From Waddliaceae bacterium (lineage in GTDB: Bacteria > Chlamydiota > Chlamydiia > Chlamydiales > SLOH01): 64,000 bases of DNA. Below, piece by piece: positions 8,497 through 18,485 of this stretch (positions are counted from its first letter, which is position 1; each line of letters opens with the position of its first letter). Where the stretch lies: positions 50,624 to 114,623 of the forward strand of contig JBBDJA010000014.1 in NCBI GenBank assembly GCA_040880105.1, given 5' to 3'. Both the position numbers and the translations under genes were made by a program. The notes beneath the pieces were generated by a model, which was not told where the DNA came from, searched no databases, and saw nothing but the letters and a program-made list of their open reading frames with translations.

Positions 8497-10581
8497 CTAT
8501 GAAGTGAGAAGAGCTTTGCGGCTCAGCTTGATCTGTCCTCGGTCATTGATATCAAGAACCTTAACGGTAAGAGTATCTCCTTCTTTGACATACTCGTTGA
8601 TATTATCTACACGCTTATTATCAAACTCAGAGATGTGGCAAAGGCCTTCTTTTCCAGGAAGGACTTCAACGAAGGCACCGAAATCTTTAATAGACGTCAC
8701 TCGACCCGTGTATGTCTTTCCAATTTCAACCTCTGCAATGATACCAAAAATAATTTCTTTCGCACGCTCTAAGCTCTCTTCATCGTGAGCAGTTAGATTA
8801 ATGCGGCCATCATCTTCAATATCAACTTCCACACCGGTTTCTTCAACAATCGCGCGGATTTGCTTTCCGCCGGGTCCAATTACAGCGCCAATCTTACTTG
8901 GCTTGATCTGCATTGCTTCTATACGAGGCGCATGGGCTACGGGTTTTGCTCTTGCTTTAGGGCACACCTCAAGCATTTTCTGTAGAATATGGGCACGGCC
9001 TTCTTTTGCTTGATTCAGCGCTTTGCGCATGATGTCAATGGTAATTCCCTCAACTTTAATATCCATTTGGAATGCTGTGATGCCTTCCATGTCACCTGTG
9101 ATTTTGAAGTCCATATCGCCAAGAGCATCTTCAATTCCCAAGATATCCGACAGTACGACACAGTGATCACTTTCGAGGATAAGACCCATTGCAATCCCTG
9201 AAACAGGTCGGCTGATTGGGACCCCTGCATCCATCATTGCAAGACATCCTCCACAAACAGATGCCATGGATGATGAACCATTACTTTCGGTAATATTGGA
9301 TTCTAGGCGGATGGTGTAAGGAAAATCTTCCGGATTTGGAAGCGAGTACATTAATGCTCTTTCCGCAAGTTTTCCATGGCCGACCTCTCGACGTCCCGGA
9401 CCACCCATGCGACCGACTTCTCCAACAGAAAAAGGAGGGAATGAGTACTGTAAATAGAAGTCGTGGGAGCCTTCGCCATGTAGATCTTCATACCTTTGGG
9501 CCATGCTTTGTCCACCTAAAGTGCAGACCGCAAGTGCTTGGGTTTCACCTCTGGTAAACAAGCTACTGCCGTGAACGCGGGGAAGGATAGATTGATCGAT
9601 TGTGATTTGACGAATCTCATTAAATTTACGTCCGTCGCTGCGCTTTTCTTCTTTAATGACGATATTTCTCATAAACTCAGCAGAGAGTTTTTTAAACGCA
9701 ATCGACACATCTGTAGAAGAAAACTGAGAGCCTTCTCCGAGGAACTTCTCCTTAACACTTGCCTTAACTTCATTAAGAGCTGTTTCTCTTTCTGTTTTGT
9801 CTGTATGGCGAAGCGCTTGGTCAAAAAGTGGATCTGTGAACGGCTTCATCTCAGAGATCAATTCGGCAGGTATGGGTCGGAGCTGCGTTCTGTTTTTCTC
9901 TTTCCCGATTTCTTTTTGCCATTTAGCAAGTTCGTGGCAAAAATGCGCAATTCCCTCGTGACCTTTTGTAATCGCTTCAACAACCTGTTCTTCCGTTAAA
10001 AAGTCGCAGTAACCCTCGATCATCAGAACAGCGTCTTCTGTACCTGCAATAATCAAGTCTAGTTTTGATTGCTCTTGCTCTTGCACAGTTGGATTGACGA
10101 TAAAGGCATCATCGATCATTCCGACGCGAACAGCACCGATTGGTTTGATTAAAGGAATATCTGAAAGTGAAAGTGCAGCTGAAGCAGCGCAGATTGCTAG
10201 TGGATCAGTGGAGTGCACGCCGTCATACGACCATACATACACTAAGACTTGTGTCTCTGTGAAAAAACCGTCTTCGAACATCGGACGTATCGGGCGGTCG
10301 ATGAGCCTAGATAGAAGAGTCTCTCTTTGTGAAGGGCGACCTTCGCGTTTAATGAATCCGCCAAGTGTGCGGCCGACTGACGATAATTTTTCTTGAAAAT
10401 CCACACGTAAGGGGATAAAGTCTACATCGCTGGAAGCTTCTTTCGCAGCGTTTGCCGTACCAAAAACCATTGTCTCACCGACGGTAATTAGAACAGCTCC
10501 ATTCGATTGTCTAGCAATGTATCCGGTTTCTAGCTTTAGGGTATCTCTACCTAATGTGATTTCTTTTGTTTTTCTTTCCAT
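8497..10581 (-). CDS. pnp: Polyribonucleotide nucleotidyltransferase (PNPase)
   Basis: 694 aa. Two RNase PH domains, KH (GPGGKQIRAIVEETG) and S1 (GRVTSIKDFGAFVE) domains. Confidence 0.97.
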   Translation of the reverse strand: MERKTKEITLGRDTLKLETGYIARQSNGAVLITVGETMVFGTANAAKEASSDVDFIPLRVDFQEKLSSVGRTLGGFIKREGRPSQRETLLSRLIDRPIRPMFEDGFFTETQVLVYVWSYDGVHSTDPLAICAASAALSLSDIPLIKPIGAVRVGMIDDAFIVNPTVQEQEQSKLDLIIAGTEDAVLMIEGYCDFLTEEQVVEAITKGHEGIAHFCHELAKWQKEIGKEKNRTQLRPIPAELISEMKPFTDPLFDQALRHTDKTERETALNEVKASVKEKFLGEGSQFSSTDVSIAFKKLSAEFMRNIVIKEEKRSDGRKFNEIRQITIDQSILPRVHGSSLFTRGETQALAVCTLGGQSMAQRYEDLHGEGSHDFYLQYSFPPFSVGEVGRMGGPGRREVGHGKLAERALMYSLPNPEDFPYTIRLESNITESNGSSSMASVCGGCLAMMDAGVPISRPVSGIAMGLILESDHCVVLSDILGIEDALGDMDFKITGDMEGITAFQMDIKVEGITIDIMRKALNQAKEGRAHILQKMLEVCPKARAKPVAHAPRIEAMQIKPSKIGAVIGPGGKQIRAIVEETGVEVDIEDDGRINLTAHDEESLERAKEIIFGIIAEVEIGKTYTGRVTSIKDFGAFVEVLPGKEGLCHISEFDNKRVDNINEYVKEGDTLTVKVLDINDRGQIKLSRKALLTS

Positions 10582-10760
10582 ATATTGATAACTCCATTTG
10601 AAAGATTTGTGAAAAAGAATGGAGGGAAAGAAAAGTCAGAAAGCAAATTTCAAAAGTTTGAAGTCTGTTTTCTGATTTCTTTTATCCCTCAAGGAGGTGT
10701 ATTTTTTAATAATGAATAGCCGATGTGGCCAATATATTAAAAACTCCGATGCATTCCATG

Positions 10761-10782
10761 AAAAAGGCAGCCATTGGCTGCC
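10761..10782 (-). terminator. rpsO terminator/attenuator hairpin between rpsO and pnp
   Basis: Minus strand reads TAA-aaattta-GGCAGCC-aat-GGCTGCC-ttttt directly after the rpsO stop. Confidence 0.6.
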
Positions 10783-10789
10783 TAAATTT

Positions 10790-11059
10790 TTAGCGACGTA
10801 GCTTTAATTTTTTAATCAACGCTTGATACCGTTTGGTATCTGTTGAGTTTAAGTAGTCTAGAAGACGGCGTCTTTGTCCCACTAGTTTTAATAGCGCTAG
10901 ACGAGATCCGTGATCTTTAGAGTTTCTTTTTAAATGATCTGTAAGTTCAGTAATGCGTTCTGTGAGAATCGCAATCTGCACGTCTGCCGATCCAGTATCC
11001 TTTTCGTGTAATTGAAATTTCTTGGTGATTTCGTCTTTCGTACCTTTATCTAGAGACAT
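10790..11059 (-). CDS. rpsO: 30S ribosomal protein S15
   Basis: 89 aa. [48 protein letters not shown] is canonical S15. Confidence 0.97.
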   Translation of the reverse strand: MSLDKGTKDEITKKFQLHEKDTGSADVQIAILTERITELTDHLKRNSKDHGSRLALLKLVGQRRRLLDYLNSTDTKRYQALIKKLKLRR

Positions 11060-11117
11060 TCAAAGAATCCCCACTATTGTGCCTTGTTAATCTGATTATA
11101 AATTTGTTCAAAGTGTA

Positions 11118-11147
11118 ATTTTAGCACATCAGGGTCTTTTTTGTCAA
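11118..11147 (-). promoter_or_regulatory. Candidate sigma70-type promoter for rpsO-pnp
   Basis: Minus strand reads TTGACA - 18 nt - TAAAAT, about 55-60 nt upstream of the rpsO start. Chance matches are common in AT-rich DNA. Confidence 0.35.
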
Positions 11148-11200
11148 TGTGAATCGATAAAGCAATAAAGGTTGCAGAAATCTTCTCTAGAGGCGTTTTT

Positions 11201-11506
11201 TTACACTTTGGTATTGAGGAGAACCTCTACGTAAGAGGGAAGACGTCCGGAAGGGTCTTTGCGAATCACCACCCTAAAGGGAATCGTAATTCGACCCTCA
11301 TTCTTTTCCTTTTGTAATTCATCCCAGATCATTTTTTTCAACTCTTCCGTTACAGGCTCGTTTCGGTATTTCTTAAGAATAGATTCGATGTACTCTTGTT
11401 CTCGGTCGCGATAGACCGGTTTTCCGTAAAAATAATGCTCTTCTTCGTTACTCATACTTATATCATAGGTTTTGCTGTAATTTATCAGCCCGGCGACTTC
11501 TCGCAC
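11201..11506 (-). CDS. Hypothetical protein
   Basis: 101-aa ORF with a plausible acidic/basic soluble composition. The internal Met (MSNEEEHYFYGK) may be the true start. No motif recognised. Confidence 0.5.
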   Translation of the reverse strand: MREVAGLINYSKTYDISMSNEEEHYFYGKPVYRDREQEYIESILKKYRNEPVTEELKKMIWDELQKEKNEGRITIPFRVVIRKDPSGRLPSYVEVLLNTKV

Positions 11507-11689
11507 AAGATTTTTGTCTACCTGCTTTAAGTCAAGTGAGTGAAAGGATATGCGTATCGATTTTCGGGTTTATTGAAGGGCTGCAACGATAACGGGGATA
11601 AAATCCTCTTCAGACGTACCGATCGATTGAATTATTTCAAAATGCGTGATAGATTATCAAACTTGATGACTTAGAACCAAGGAATCACA

Positions 11690-12178
11690 TTGAAACCGTT
11701 CCCATTTGCAGTTACTCCAAAAACCGACGATGAGCGGTTTATGTTAGAGGCGCTTAAGGAAGCCTGGAAAGCGTATCAGACTAAAGAAGTGCCGGTTGGC
11801 GCTGTTCTAGTTAAAGGTGGGCATGTGATTGCAAGGGGATATAATCAAGTCGAAATGTTGAAAGATGCAACAGCGCATGCGGAAATGCTTTGCTTAACAG
11901 TCGGACAAGCAGCCGAAGAGAACTGGAGGCTACTGGAGACTACATTATACTGTACGATCGAGCCGTGCTCGATGTGTGCAGGTGCTATATTGCTCACACG
12001 AGTTCCAAGGATTGTTTGGGGGGCTCCTGACATTCGGCATGGGGCAGGGGGGAGTTGGGTTAATCTTTTTGAGAAAAAACACCCCACCCATTCCGTAGAA
12101 ATTACTCAAGGGGTTTTAGAAGGTCTTGCTGCCGAGTTACTACAGGATTTCTTTCGCAAAAGGAGAAAGGATGGATGA
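11690..12178 (+). CDS. tadA: tRNA-specific adenosine deaminase
   Basis: CDA zinc motifs HAEMLCL and PCSMCAGA. 162 aa, TTG start. Confidence 0.9.
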   Translation: MKPFPFAVTPKTDDERFMLEALKEAWKAYQTKEVPVGAVLVKGGHVIARGYNQVEMLKDATAHAEMLCLTVGQAAEENWRLLETTLYCTIEPCSMCAGAILLTRVPRIVWGAPDIRHGAGGSWVNLFEKKHPTHSVEITQGVLEGLAAELLQDFFRKRRKDG

Positions 12179-12410
12179 ACTATTGAAGGTGCTGCTTGAA
12201 GAGCAAAAGAGGCATCTGCTTAAGTTGGGAAGAAAGCTGATACCCACATTGACCCCAGATGATATTCTTCAACCCAATGATTATCCTGAACTGGAAAATC
12301 ACCCGGTTTTCCGATATGAAGAGGGTATTTTAGCGGGAATACAGTCTGTTAAGGCCGCGTATTTGGCTATGAAAGCAGAGGAAGAGTCGAATTCTCCTGA
12401 AAATCTTTAA
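12171..12410 (+). CDS. Small hypothetical protein (start moved to the ATG overlapping the tadA stop)
   Basis: MDELLKVLLEEQKRHLLKLGRK... The ATG at 12171 overlaps the tadA end by 8 nt, which suggests translational coupling. No motif recognised. Confidence 0.45.
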   Translation: MDELLKVLLEEQKRHLLKLGRKLIPTLTPDDILQPNDYPELENHPVFRYEEGILAGIQSVKAAYLAMKAEEESNSPENL

Positions 12411-12993
12411 ACATAATTTCATAGTCATGCTCAAGTTCTATTAAATACTGATTGTATAGTGTTTCTCGCTCGAGTTTTACAAGTCGCGTACTGGCTACTC
12501 TATCAATGATTACAAATGCTTCTTGTTCTCTTCTGTTCACCTTGTCAAGTGACTCCTCATAGAGGCTTTCAATATTGTTCAGTTGTTTCTCTTTTTCAGT
12601 AGCTGAAGCTAATTTTCGTTTTTGAAGAAGACGCTTTTTTCTTGTATATGCACGATTCAGTCGATGCCTGACCTCTTTATTTAAGTGATGCGCCACTTCA
12701 TGTGCCGGGTCGATATGGATTCCTATCCATAATGCGAGTATTGCAAAGGCAAATGAGAAGGCCATTAAGATGGATTTTAATGTTTGGCAATTGACCAAAA
12801 TCTGTTCACATAACCAGCCGAGGGAGCGGTAATATATTTGAAAGGTTAAAACAATAAATAAGATACCAAGGCTGATAAAGATGAGTTTATAAATAATGAA
12901 CTGCTTTTTCCAACGAAAATAGGGGGATCGTTTATTGGCATTTTGCTTAAACTCTTCAAGTTCAGGGTGCTCAAATTGTTTTTTCTTATCCAT
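12367..12993 (-). CDS. Hypothetical membrane protein with C-terminal coiled coil
   Basis: 208 aa. Two hydrophobic segments (FIIYKLIFISLGILFIVLTF; LMAFSFAFAILALWIGI) followed by a basic/helical region. Confidence 0.55.
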   Translation of the reverse strand: MDKKKQFEHPELEEFKQNANKRSPYFRWKKQFIIYKLIFISLGILFIVLTFQIYYRSLGWLCEQILVNCQTLKSILMAFSFAFAILALWIGIHIDPAHEVAHHLNKEVRHRLNRAYTRKKRLLQKRKLASATEKEKQLNNIESLYEESLDKVNRREQEAFVIIDRVASTRLVKLERETLYNQYLIELEHDYEIMFKDFQENSTLPLLS

Positions 12994-13106
12994 AGTAGAT
13001 CCTACTAACCGATAAATCCCTGGACATTCCCATTTGGAATCAATGTTCGGTTACTTTGATGTATAGAAAGAAGTTTGCGATTTGTCAATTGACGATTAAG
13101 AAAAAA

Positions 13107-13470
13107 CTCAGGAAAGCGGTAAGCCGGATTCTGTCGGCCTTTCAGTAAAGAAAGGCGAGCAATCATTCATCTAGGGCCTCCGTTGCCGGAAGCCTCAAGC
13201 GAGCCAAATATGAGTAAGTGTGACGGAGAGCCAATTCACTCACTCTTCTTGCTTCAGATAGGGTTTGCCACCGCTCAAGTCTCCTTGAGTCAGTCCGATT
13301 CATAAAACCGGCATTTCACCCTGTTTGCAACTAAAAGCTGCAACGGTTTGTTTTCTGTGGCACTTTCCGTAGCCTCGCGGCCCCCAGCCTTTCGCTGGTA
13401 TCCTCTCCTGTGAAGTCCAGACTTTCCTCGCACGCAAAAAAACGCGTGCGCGATTGCTTGCTTTCCTGAG
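13107..13470 (-). ncRNA. rnpB: RNase P RNA, bacterial type A
   Basis: The minus strand contains the universally conserved P4 strands GAGGAAAGUCUGGACUUCACAGG (5') and ACAGAAUCCGGCUUACCGC (3'), plus CCUAGAUGAAUGAUUGCUCGCC. The terminal P1 helix is 5' CUCAGGAAAGC / 3' GCUUUCCUGAG. About 364 nt in an otherwise ORF-free gap. Confidence 0.88.
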
Positions 13471-13503
13471 AAATAGTTATAAAGCGCTAAAGCTTAAGTC
13501 GCG

Positions 13504-14298
13504 TTAATTGGTACGTCGACGACGTCTTGGTTTCGGAGAGACAGCCGTCCCTTCAAGAACTTCGCTTTCCGGCCAGAAGTGAATGCGCGAACAGTGTTCA
13601 CAAAAAGTCAAGCGATCGCCCTTTCTCACAAGGTTTTCATGTTGCGGGGTCAAGGTGATGTGGCAACCGCTGCAAGTGCGATTTTCAATTGGAACAATGA
13701 CACGATTTCTTTTGTTTTTTAATAGACGCTCGTAGATCGCAAAAGTTTCAGCGTGAGCTTCTTGACTAAGAGTGTCTCTTGTCTTTTTGACTTTCTGTCC
13801 TTCTGTATTAATTTCAGAAATTGCCGACTTGATTTCTTCTTCTAAAGTTTGGCTACTTTCCACTGTGGAGTCAAGAGTTTCGCTTAAGTTTTTAAGTGTC
13901 TCTTCATCTTCAGCGAGAATATCGTATAGTTTGCTTAACTGCTGCTCTTTATTGACACGTTCTCTTTCTTCTCGTGAGATTTCATGACTTAGAGCGTTAA
14001 ATTCATCGACTTTTTTAACTAAACTTTGTTGATCTTCGTATTTTTTAATTTTTTCGACAGTTTCTTTGACTTCACCTTCGATATGTCGAATTAATGTTTT
14101 TTGTTCGGTGATTTCATCTTGCTTTTGGCCCATTCTCTTTTCAAGATCTGCCTTTATGCCATCAATTTTATCGAGTTCCTTCCTGCGTTCGCGCTTCCGG
14201 TTCAGTAATTGGAGCATGTTCATGTCAAGTTCTTGAATTTCAAGGATTTTTTTAAGCTCTTGTTGCATAGACTCTCTCTTATTTTTGGCAATTAGCAT
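13504..14298 (-). CDS. Coiled-coil / C4 zinc-ribbon protein (COG1579; HP0958 / chlamydial CT398 CdsZ-like)
   Basis: A long heptad-rich N-terminus, then the C-terminal ribbon CSGCHITLTPQ...FCEHCSRIHFW. The start is ambiguous (MQQELKKILEIQELD is an alternative). Confidence 0.75.
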   Translation of the reverse strand: MLIAKNKRESMQQELKKILEIQELDMNMLQLLNRKRERRKELDKIDGIKADLEKRMGQKQDEITEQKTLIRHIEGEVKETVEKIKKYEDQQSLVKKVDEFNALSHEISREERERVNKEQQLSKLYDILAEDEETLKNLSETLDSTVESSQTLEEEIKSAISEINTEGQKVKKTRDTLSQEAHAETFAIYERLLKNKRNRVIVPIENRTCSGCHITLTPQHENLVRKGDRLTFCEHCSRIHFWPESEVLEGTAVSPKPRRRRRTN

Positions 14299-14345
14299 AT
14301 TGTATAATATGTAATAAACGTTTAATTCTCAAGGGAAAAAATAGA

Positions 14346-15563
14346 TTGACATTGAGAATTATGAGTGAGAAAAGAATACATATGGAAAGATTAGCTAAAC
14401 AGCTCAATGAGTTTAACCGGGAAATACTCGAGGGAAAAAGAGAGACCCCCCGCTGTTTTATCGGATTTGATGGCTTCACTGATGAAATTATCTCAGTGGT
14501 CAAGACAAGAGAATCATACGACTCATATCTTCCGTATGAGAAGATGTCTGCATTTGGAAAGACAATCACAGAAGCGGCAGGCAAAAGTTGCAACATGGAG
14601 TTGGTGACAAAAAAAATCAAGCTCGGGGGGAACGCCCCCATCCTTTGCAACTCACTTCTTAACGGGGGTCATCATATCTACTTTGCCGGATGTATTGGAA
14701 AAAACGGAGAAATCGAGGCGCTCTTTCAACCTATCTCGTCTCGCTGTCAAAAGGTATGGTCTTTAGGTGCAAGCGCGCTAACTGATGCACTTGAGTTTAA
14801 CGATGGCAAAGTGATTTTAGGAAAACATCACTCTCTTCGCGATGTAACCTATGAAAACTGCGCCTCTCTGATTGGAACCGAGGAGTGGGCTAAGCTTTTA
14901 GATACGATTGATCTTTTTGTTTCGGCTAACTGGACGATGCTTCCTTTAATGACAGATATTTGGGAAAAAATCGTAAGTGAGATCATTCCAAAGTTCCGAA
15001 GCGATCATCCTCGATATATGTTTGTCGATCTTGCCGACCCTGCAAAAAGAAGTGACAATGATTTAAGAAACGCTGTGAATGCTCTAAAAGCATTTATGCC
15101 TGCCTTTTCAATTGTGTTTGGTTTGAATAAAGCCGAGGCTGAGCGTATAGCAAAAGTTCTTGGGATCCCTAATCGAGAAGATCCAGGAGAACTTGCAAAG
15201 GCAATTAGGGAAAAAACAAATTTCTCGGAAATAGTTATCCATTCTTCCAAATTTGCTGTTTTAAGTTGCAGCGCGGGTGAGTATCACCAAAAAACCCGTT
15301 ACAATCCAAAGCCTGTTGTCTCAACCGGTGCGGGAGATAATTTTAATGCGGGCTATTGCAATGCGCTTCTTTATCATTGCTCATATGAAGATCGCCTCTT
15401 GTCAGCTGTTGCCAATTCAGGTTATTATGTGTCTCATGGAAAAAGTCCTGAGATGCTAGAATTAGCCGAATATTTACTTGAATGGCAAGCGGAGGAGAAA
15501 AATGACGCAGCTGAAAACACCCACTCGGTTGGAAAAATACCTGGAAAACCATCCAAAGGCTGA
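14346..15563 (+). CDS. Carbohydrate kinase, PfkB/ribokinase-like superfamily
   Basis: GGNAPILCNSL near the N-terminus and the C-terminal anion-hole motif STGAGDNFNAGY. Substrate not inferable. Confidence 0.55.
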   Translation: MTLRIMSEKRIHMERLAKQLNEFNREILEGKRETPRCFIGFDGFTDEIISVVKTRESYDSYLPYEKMSAFGKTITEAAGKSCNMELVTKKIKLGGNAPILCNSLLNGGHHIYFAGCIGKNGEIEALFQPISSRCQKVWSLGASALTDALEFNDGKVILGKHHSLRDVTYENCASLIGTEEWAKLLDTIDLFVSANWTMLPLMTDIWEKIVSEIIPKFRSDHPRYMFVDLADPAKRSDNDLRNAVNALKAFMPAFSIVFGLNKAEAERIAKVLGIPNREDPGELAKAIREKTNFSEIVIHSSKFAVLSCSAGEYHQKTRYNPKPVVSTGAGDNFNAGYCNALLYHCSYEDRLLSAVANSGYYVSHGKSPEMLELAEYLLEWQAEEKNDAAENTHSVGKIPGKPSKG

Positions 15564-16995
15564 AAGTAGCGCGATTGCATTTATTGCAGCACTTGATCAC
15601 CTTGAAAAATCTTATCCACAAGTTGCTAATCACATTATACAAGAACTTAAGGATCAAAGATCAAACCTTAAATTAATAGCTTCTGAAAATTACTCCTCTC
15701 TTTCGGTTCAGCTTGCAATGGGAAACCTTCTGACAGATAAGTATGCGGAAGGACACCCTTATCACCGATTCTATGCAGGTTGCGATAATGTGGATGCACT
15801 CGAGGATCTTGCAGTGAGCACATTGAAAAAATTGTTTAAAGCAGAGTGCGCCTATGTGCAGCCTCATTCCGGTGCTGACGCAAATTTGGTTGCCCTATGG
15901 TCAATACTTATTCACCGTGTGCAGTCAAGGGAGCTTGAGGCTTTAGGGAATAAAAGTGTAGATGAGCTTACAGCAGAAGAGCATGAAAAAATACGTAAGA
16001 TCATGCTAGATCAAAAAATGATGGGAATGTCTTTAAATTCCGGCGGGCATTTGACACACGGATATCGTCATAATGTTTCCTCAAAAATGATGCAGTCAGT
16101 GCAGTACGATGTCGATCCGACCACAGGTCGCATTGAGTATCATAAACTTGCGGAGCAAGTGAAAAAAGAAAAACCACTTGTGCTTATGGTCGGCTATTCC
16201 TCCTATCCGCGATTGATTAACTTTGCAAAAATGCGAGAAATTGCAGATAGCACAGGGGCAGTACTGCTGGTTGATATGGCGCACTTTGCCGGACTTGTTG
16301 CAGGCGGTGTATTTCAAGGCGAGTATAATCCAGTTCCCTATGCAGACATTGTAACATCAACCACTCATAAGACCCTGAGAGGCCCTCGCGGGGGAATGAT
16401 TTTAGCCAAAAAAGAGTATGAAGAAGTTATTAACAAAGGCTGTCCTCTTGTTTTGGGCGGTCCTCTTCCGCATGTGATCGCAGCTAAGGCTATTGCGTTT
16501 CAAGAAGCGTCCACTCCCGAGTTCCAGGTCTATGCGCAAAATATCGTTGCCAATGCAAAAGAACTCGCAGAATCTCTAAAAAGAGAGGGGATCGATATTG
16601 TGACAGGTGGAACGGACAATCATCTTGTGATCATTGATCTCTCATCACTCAATATCACCGGGCGCCAAGCGGAAAGTGCGTTGCGACAAGCAGGGCTTAC
16701 AGTCAATCGCAACTCAATTCCGTACGATAAAAATGGCGCATGGTACACAACAGGGATTCGTCTAGGGACACCTGCAATTACGACACTTGGAATGGGAATT
16801 GCGGAAATGCAAGAAGTTGCCTCTCTTGTCGCATTAGTGTTAAAAAACACTTCACCTGAAGTTGTTGAAAAAACTGGAAAGTTGAGTAAAGCGCGCTACA
16901 AGATGGATCCAAAAGTCGAGATGAAAGTCAAGGAACGGGTGAATAATTTGATTTCACGTTTTCCTCTCTATTCAGAGATAGAGATTGAAATTTAG
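15502..16995 (+). CDS. glyA: Serine hydroxymethyltransferase
   Basis: LIASENYSSLSVQLAMGNLLTDKYAEG, the PLP-lysine region TSTTHKTLRGPRGG. Start moved to Met 9 of the tracked ORF to match the chlamydial GlyA N-terminus (LEKYLEN...AALDHL). Confidence 0.95.
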   Translation: MTQLKTPTRLEKYLENHPKAESSAIAFIAALDHLEKSYPQVANHIIQELKDQRSNLKLIASENYSSLSVQLAMGNLLTDKYAEGHPYHRFYAGCDNVDALEDLAVSTLKKLFKAECAYVQPHSGADANLVALWSILIHRVQSRELEALGNKSVDELTAEEHEKIRKIMLDQKMMGMSLNSGGHLTHGYRHNVSSKMMQSVQYDVDPTTGRIEYHKLAEQVKKEKPLVLMVGYSSYPRLINFAKMREIADSTGAVLLVDMAHFAGLVAGGVFQGEYNPVPYADIVTSTTHKTLRGPRGGMILAKKEYEEVINKGCPLVLGGPLPHVIAAKAIAFQEASTPEFQVYAQNIVANAKELAESLKREGIDIVTGGTDNHLVIIDLSSLNITGRQAESALRQAGLTVNRNSIPYDKNGAWYTTGIRLGTPAITTLGMGIAEMQEVASLVALVLKNTSPEVVEKTGKLSKARYKMDPKVEMKVKERVNNLISRFPLYSEIEIEI

Positions 16996-17036
16996 AAAAT
17001 ACTTAGTGATAATGCATAGAAAAGAGGGTAGGAGAA

Positions 17037-17624
17037 ATGTCAAAAAAACCGGAAGAAAATCAAATCAAAGTTGAAGATAAAATTGACGAAGCCTTGCTGA
17101 AGGCGCGCAGAATTTTCATTTCTGCCCCCGTGAATAATGATTTAGCAAGAGAAGTTGTACGCAAACTATGGTATTTGGAGCTCCAAGATCCAGGTAAGCC
17201 AATCACAATGGTGATCAACTCGCCGGGAGGTTCGGTCGATGATGGATTTGCGATTTGGGATCAGGCGAAATTGATTAGCTCACCGGTATATACACTTGTG
17301 ACAGGAATTGCGGCCTCCATGGGGTCTGTGTTAAGTTTATGTGCAGCTCCAAAAAAGCGCTTCGCCACCAAAAATGCAAGGATCATGATTCATCAGCCGA
17401 TGATATCCGGTGTCATTCAAGGACAAGCAACAGACCTTGACATTCAGGCAAAAGAAATTTTAAAGACACGCGATAAACTCATTCAAATTTACGTGGACCA
17501 TACAGGGAAAGATTATGATACCATTAAGCTTGCTATCGACCGCGATACTTGGATGACTGCTGAAGAGGCAAAAAAATATGGTCTAATCGATCATGTCGTT
17601 GATAGTTTAGATAAAATTTCATGA
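17037..17624 (+). CDS. clpP: ATP-dependent Clp protease proteolytic subunit
   Basis: Catalytic Ser context GIAASMGS, His context IMIHQP. 195 aa. Confidence 0.95.
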   Translation: MSKKPEENQIKVEDKIDEALLKARRIFISAPVNNDLAREVVRKLWYLELQDPGKPITMVINSPGGSVDDGFAIWDQAKLISSPVYTLVTGIAASMGSVLSLCAAPKKRFATKNARIMIHQPMISGVIQGQATDLDIQAKEILKTRDKLIQIYVDHTGKDYDTIKLAIDRDTWMTAEEAKKYGLIDHVVDSLDKIS

Positions 17625-18412
17625 ATTTTCATAAATATGTTGGTTGCGGAAATGACTTTATCCTATTTGATGCGCGTAGGGATGTCCCGGATTTAGACAT
17701 CCCCAGGCTTTGCCATCGTCAAAATGGGATTGGTGCAGATGGAGTCATCCTCTTGCAAAAGTCCGATCCGTGCGATTATCGAATGTCGATTTTTAATGCG
17801 GATGGGTCAGAGGCTGAGATGTGTGGAAATGGAATCCGCTGCCTCGGTCTTTTTCTTCGTCATTTACAAGAGAGACGTGAAGAGGTGACAATAGAGACGT
17901 TAGCGGGACCCTATAAAATTGTCATTGGAGAAGATGCAGTCTCGGTAAATATGGGAGCCCCAACACAAGTCGAATTTGACATCGAACTTGAAAAGTTCAC
18001 AGTTGATTATCTCGATACGGGCGTTCCCCATGCGGTTGTCGTTGTTGATGACGCGCGCTTATTTCCACTTGAAAACGAGGGTAAGTGGATACGACATCAC
18101 ACACGTTTTTCACCCAGAGGTGTGAATGTGACCGTTGCATCACCCGGACAGAGCGGGTTTTACTTTCGCACATATGAAAGAGGGGTAGAGGCTGAAACGC
18201 TTGCATGTGGAACCGGCGCATGCGCGGCGGCCTTTGTTTTAAAGCAGCGGTTGAATATAAATGGCCCAATGATGATGATCTCAATGGCTGGAGAGTCGAT
18301 AGAAATTTCCTTTTCAGGGGATCAATTAATGATGAAGGGACCCGCTAAGCATGTCTTTTCAGGTCAATTTAAGGAGATTGAAAAAGTAGATGCATTTTCA
18401 GTTTTCAGATAG
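17621..18412 (+). CDS. dapF: Diaminopimelate epimerase
   Basis: [12 protein letters not shown], catalytic Cys motifs EMCGNGIRC and ACGTGACAAA. ATGA overlap with clpP. Confidence 0.9.
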   Translation: MNFHKYVGCGNDFILFDARRDVPDLDIPRLCHRQNGIGADGVILLQKSDPCDYRMSIFNADGSEAEMCGNGIRCLGLFLRHLQERREEVTIETLAGPYKIVIGEDAVSVNMGAPTQVEFDIELEKFTVDYLDTGVPHAVVVVDDARLFPLENEGKWIRHHTRFSPRGVNVTVASPGQSGFYFRTYERGVEAETLACGTGACAAAFVLKQRLNINGPMMMISMAGESIEISFSGDQLMMKGPAKHVFSGQFKEIEKVDAFSVFR

Positions 18413-18485
18413 TTTTGTTCTATTTGACTTTAGAATTGACTAAAGGGCATAGATTGTTTAAAATTAAGGTTTTTTAAGGAAATTC

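Noticed and set aside
8444-8788. 114-aa plus-strand ORF overlapping the pnp 3' end
   Set aside because: It starts in the palindrome and runs antisense through the PNPase S1 domain. It has no motif and is a shadow ORF.
15478-15563. Overlap of the kinase gene end with the tracked glyA start, considered as possible frameshift/fusion
   Set aside because: The chlamydial GlyA N-terminus aligns from the internal Met at 15502. The residual 62-nt overlap is compatible with two independent genes, and no slippery sequence was seen.
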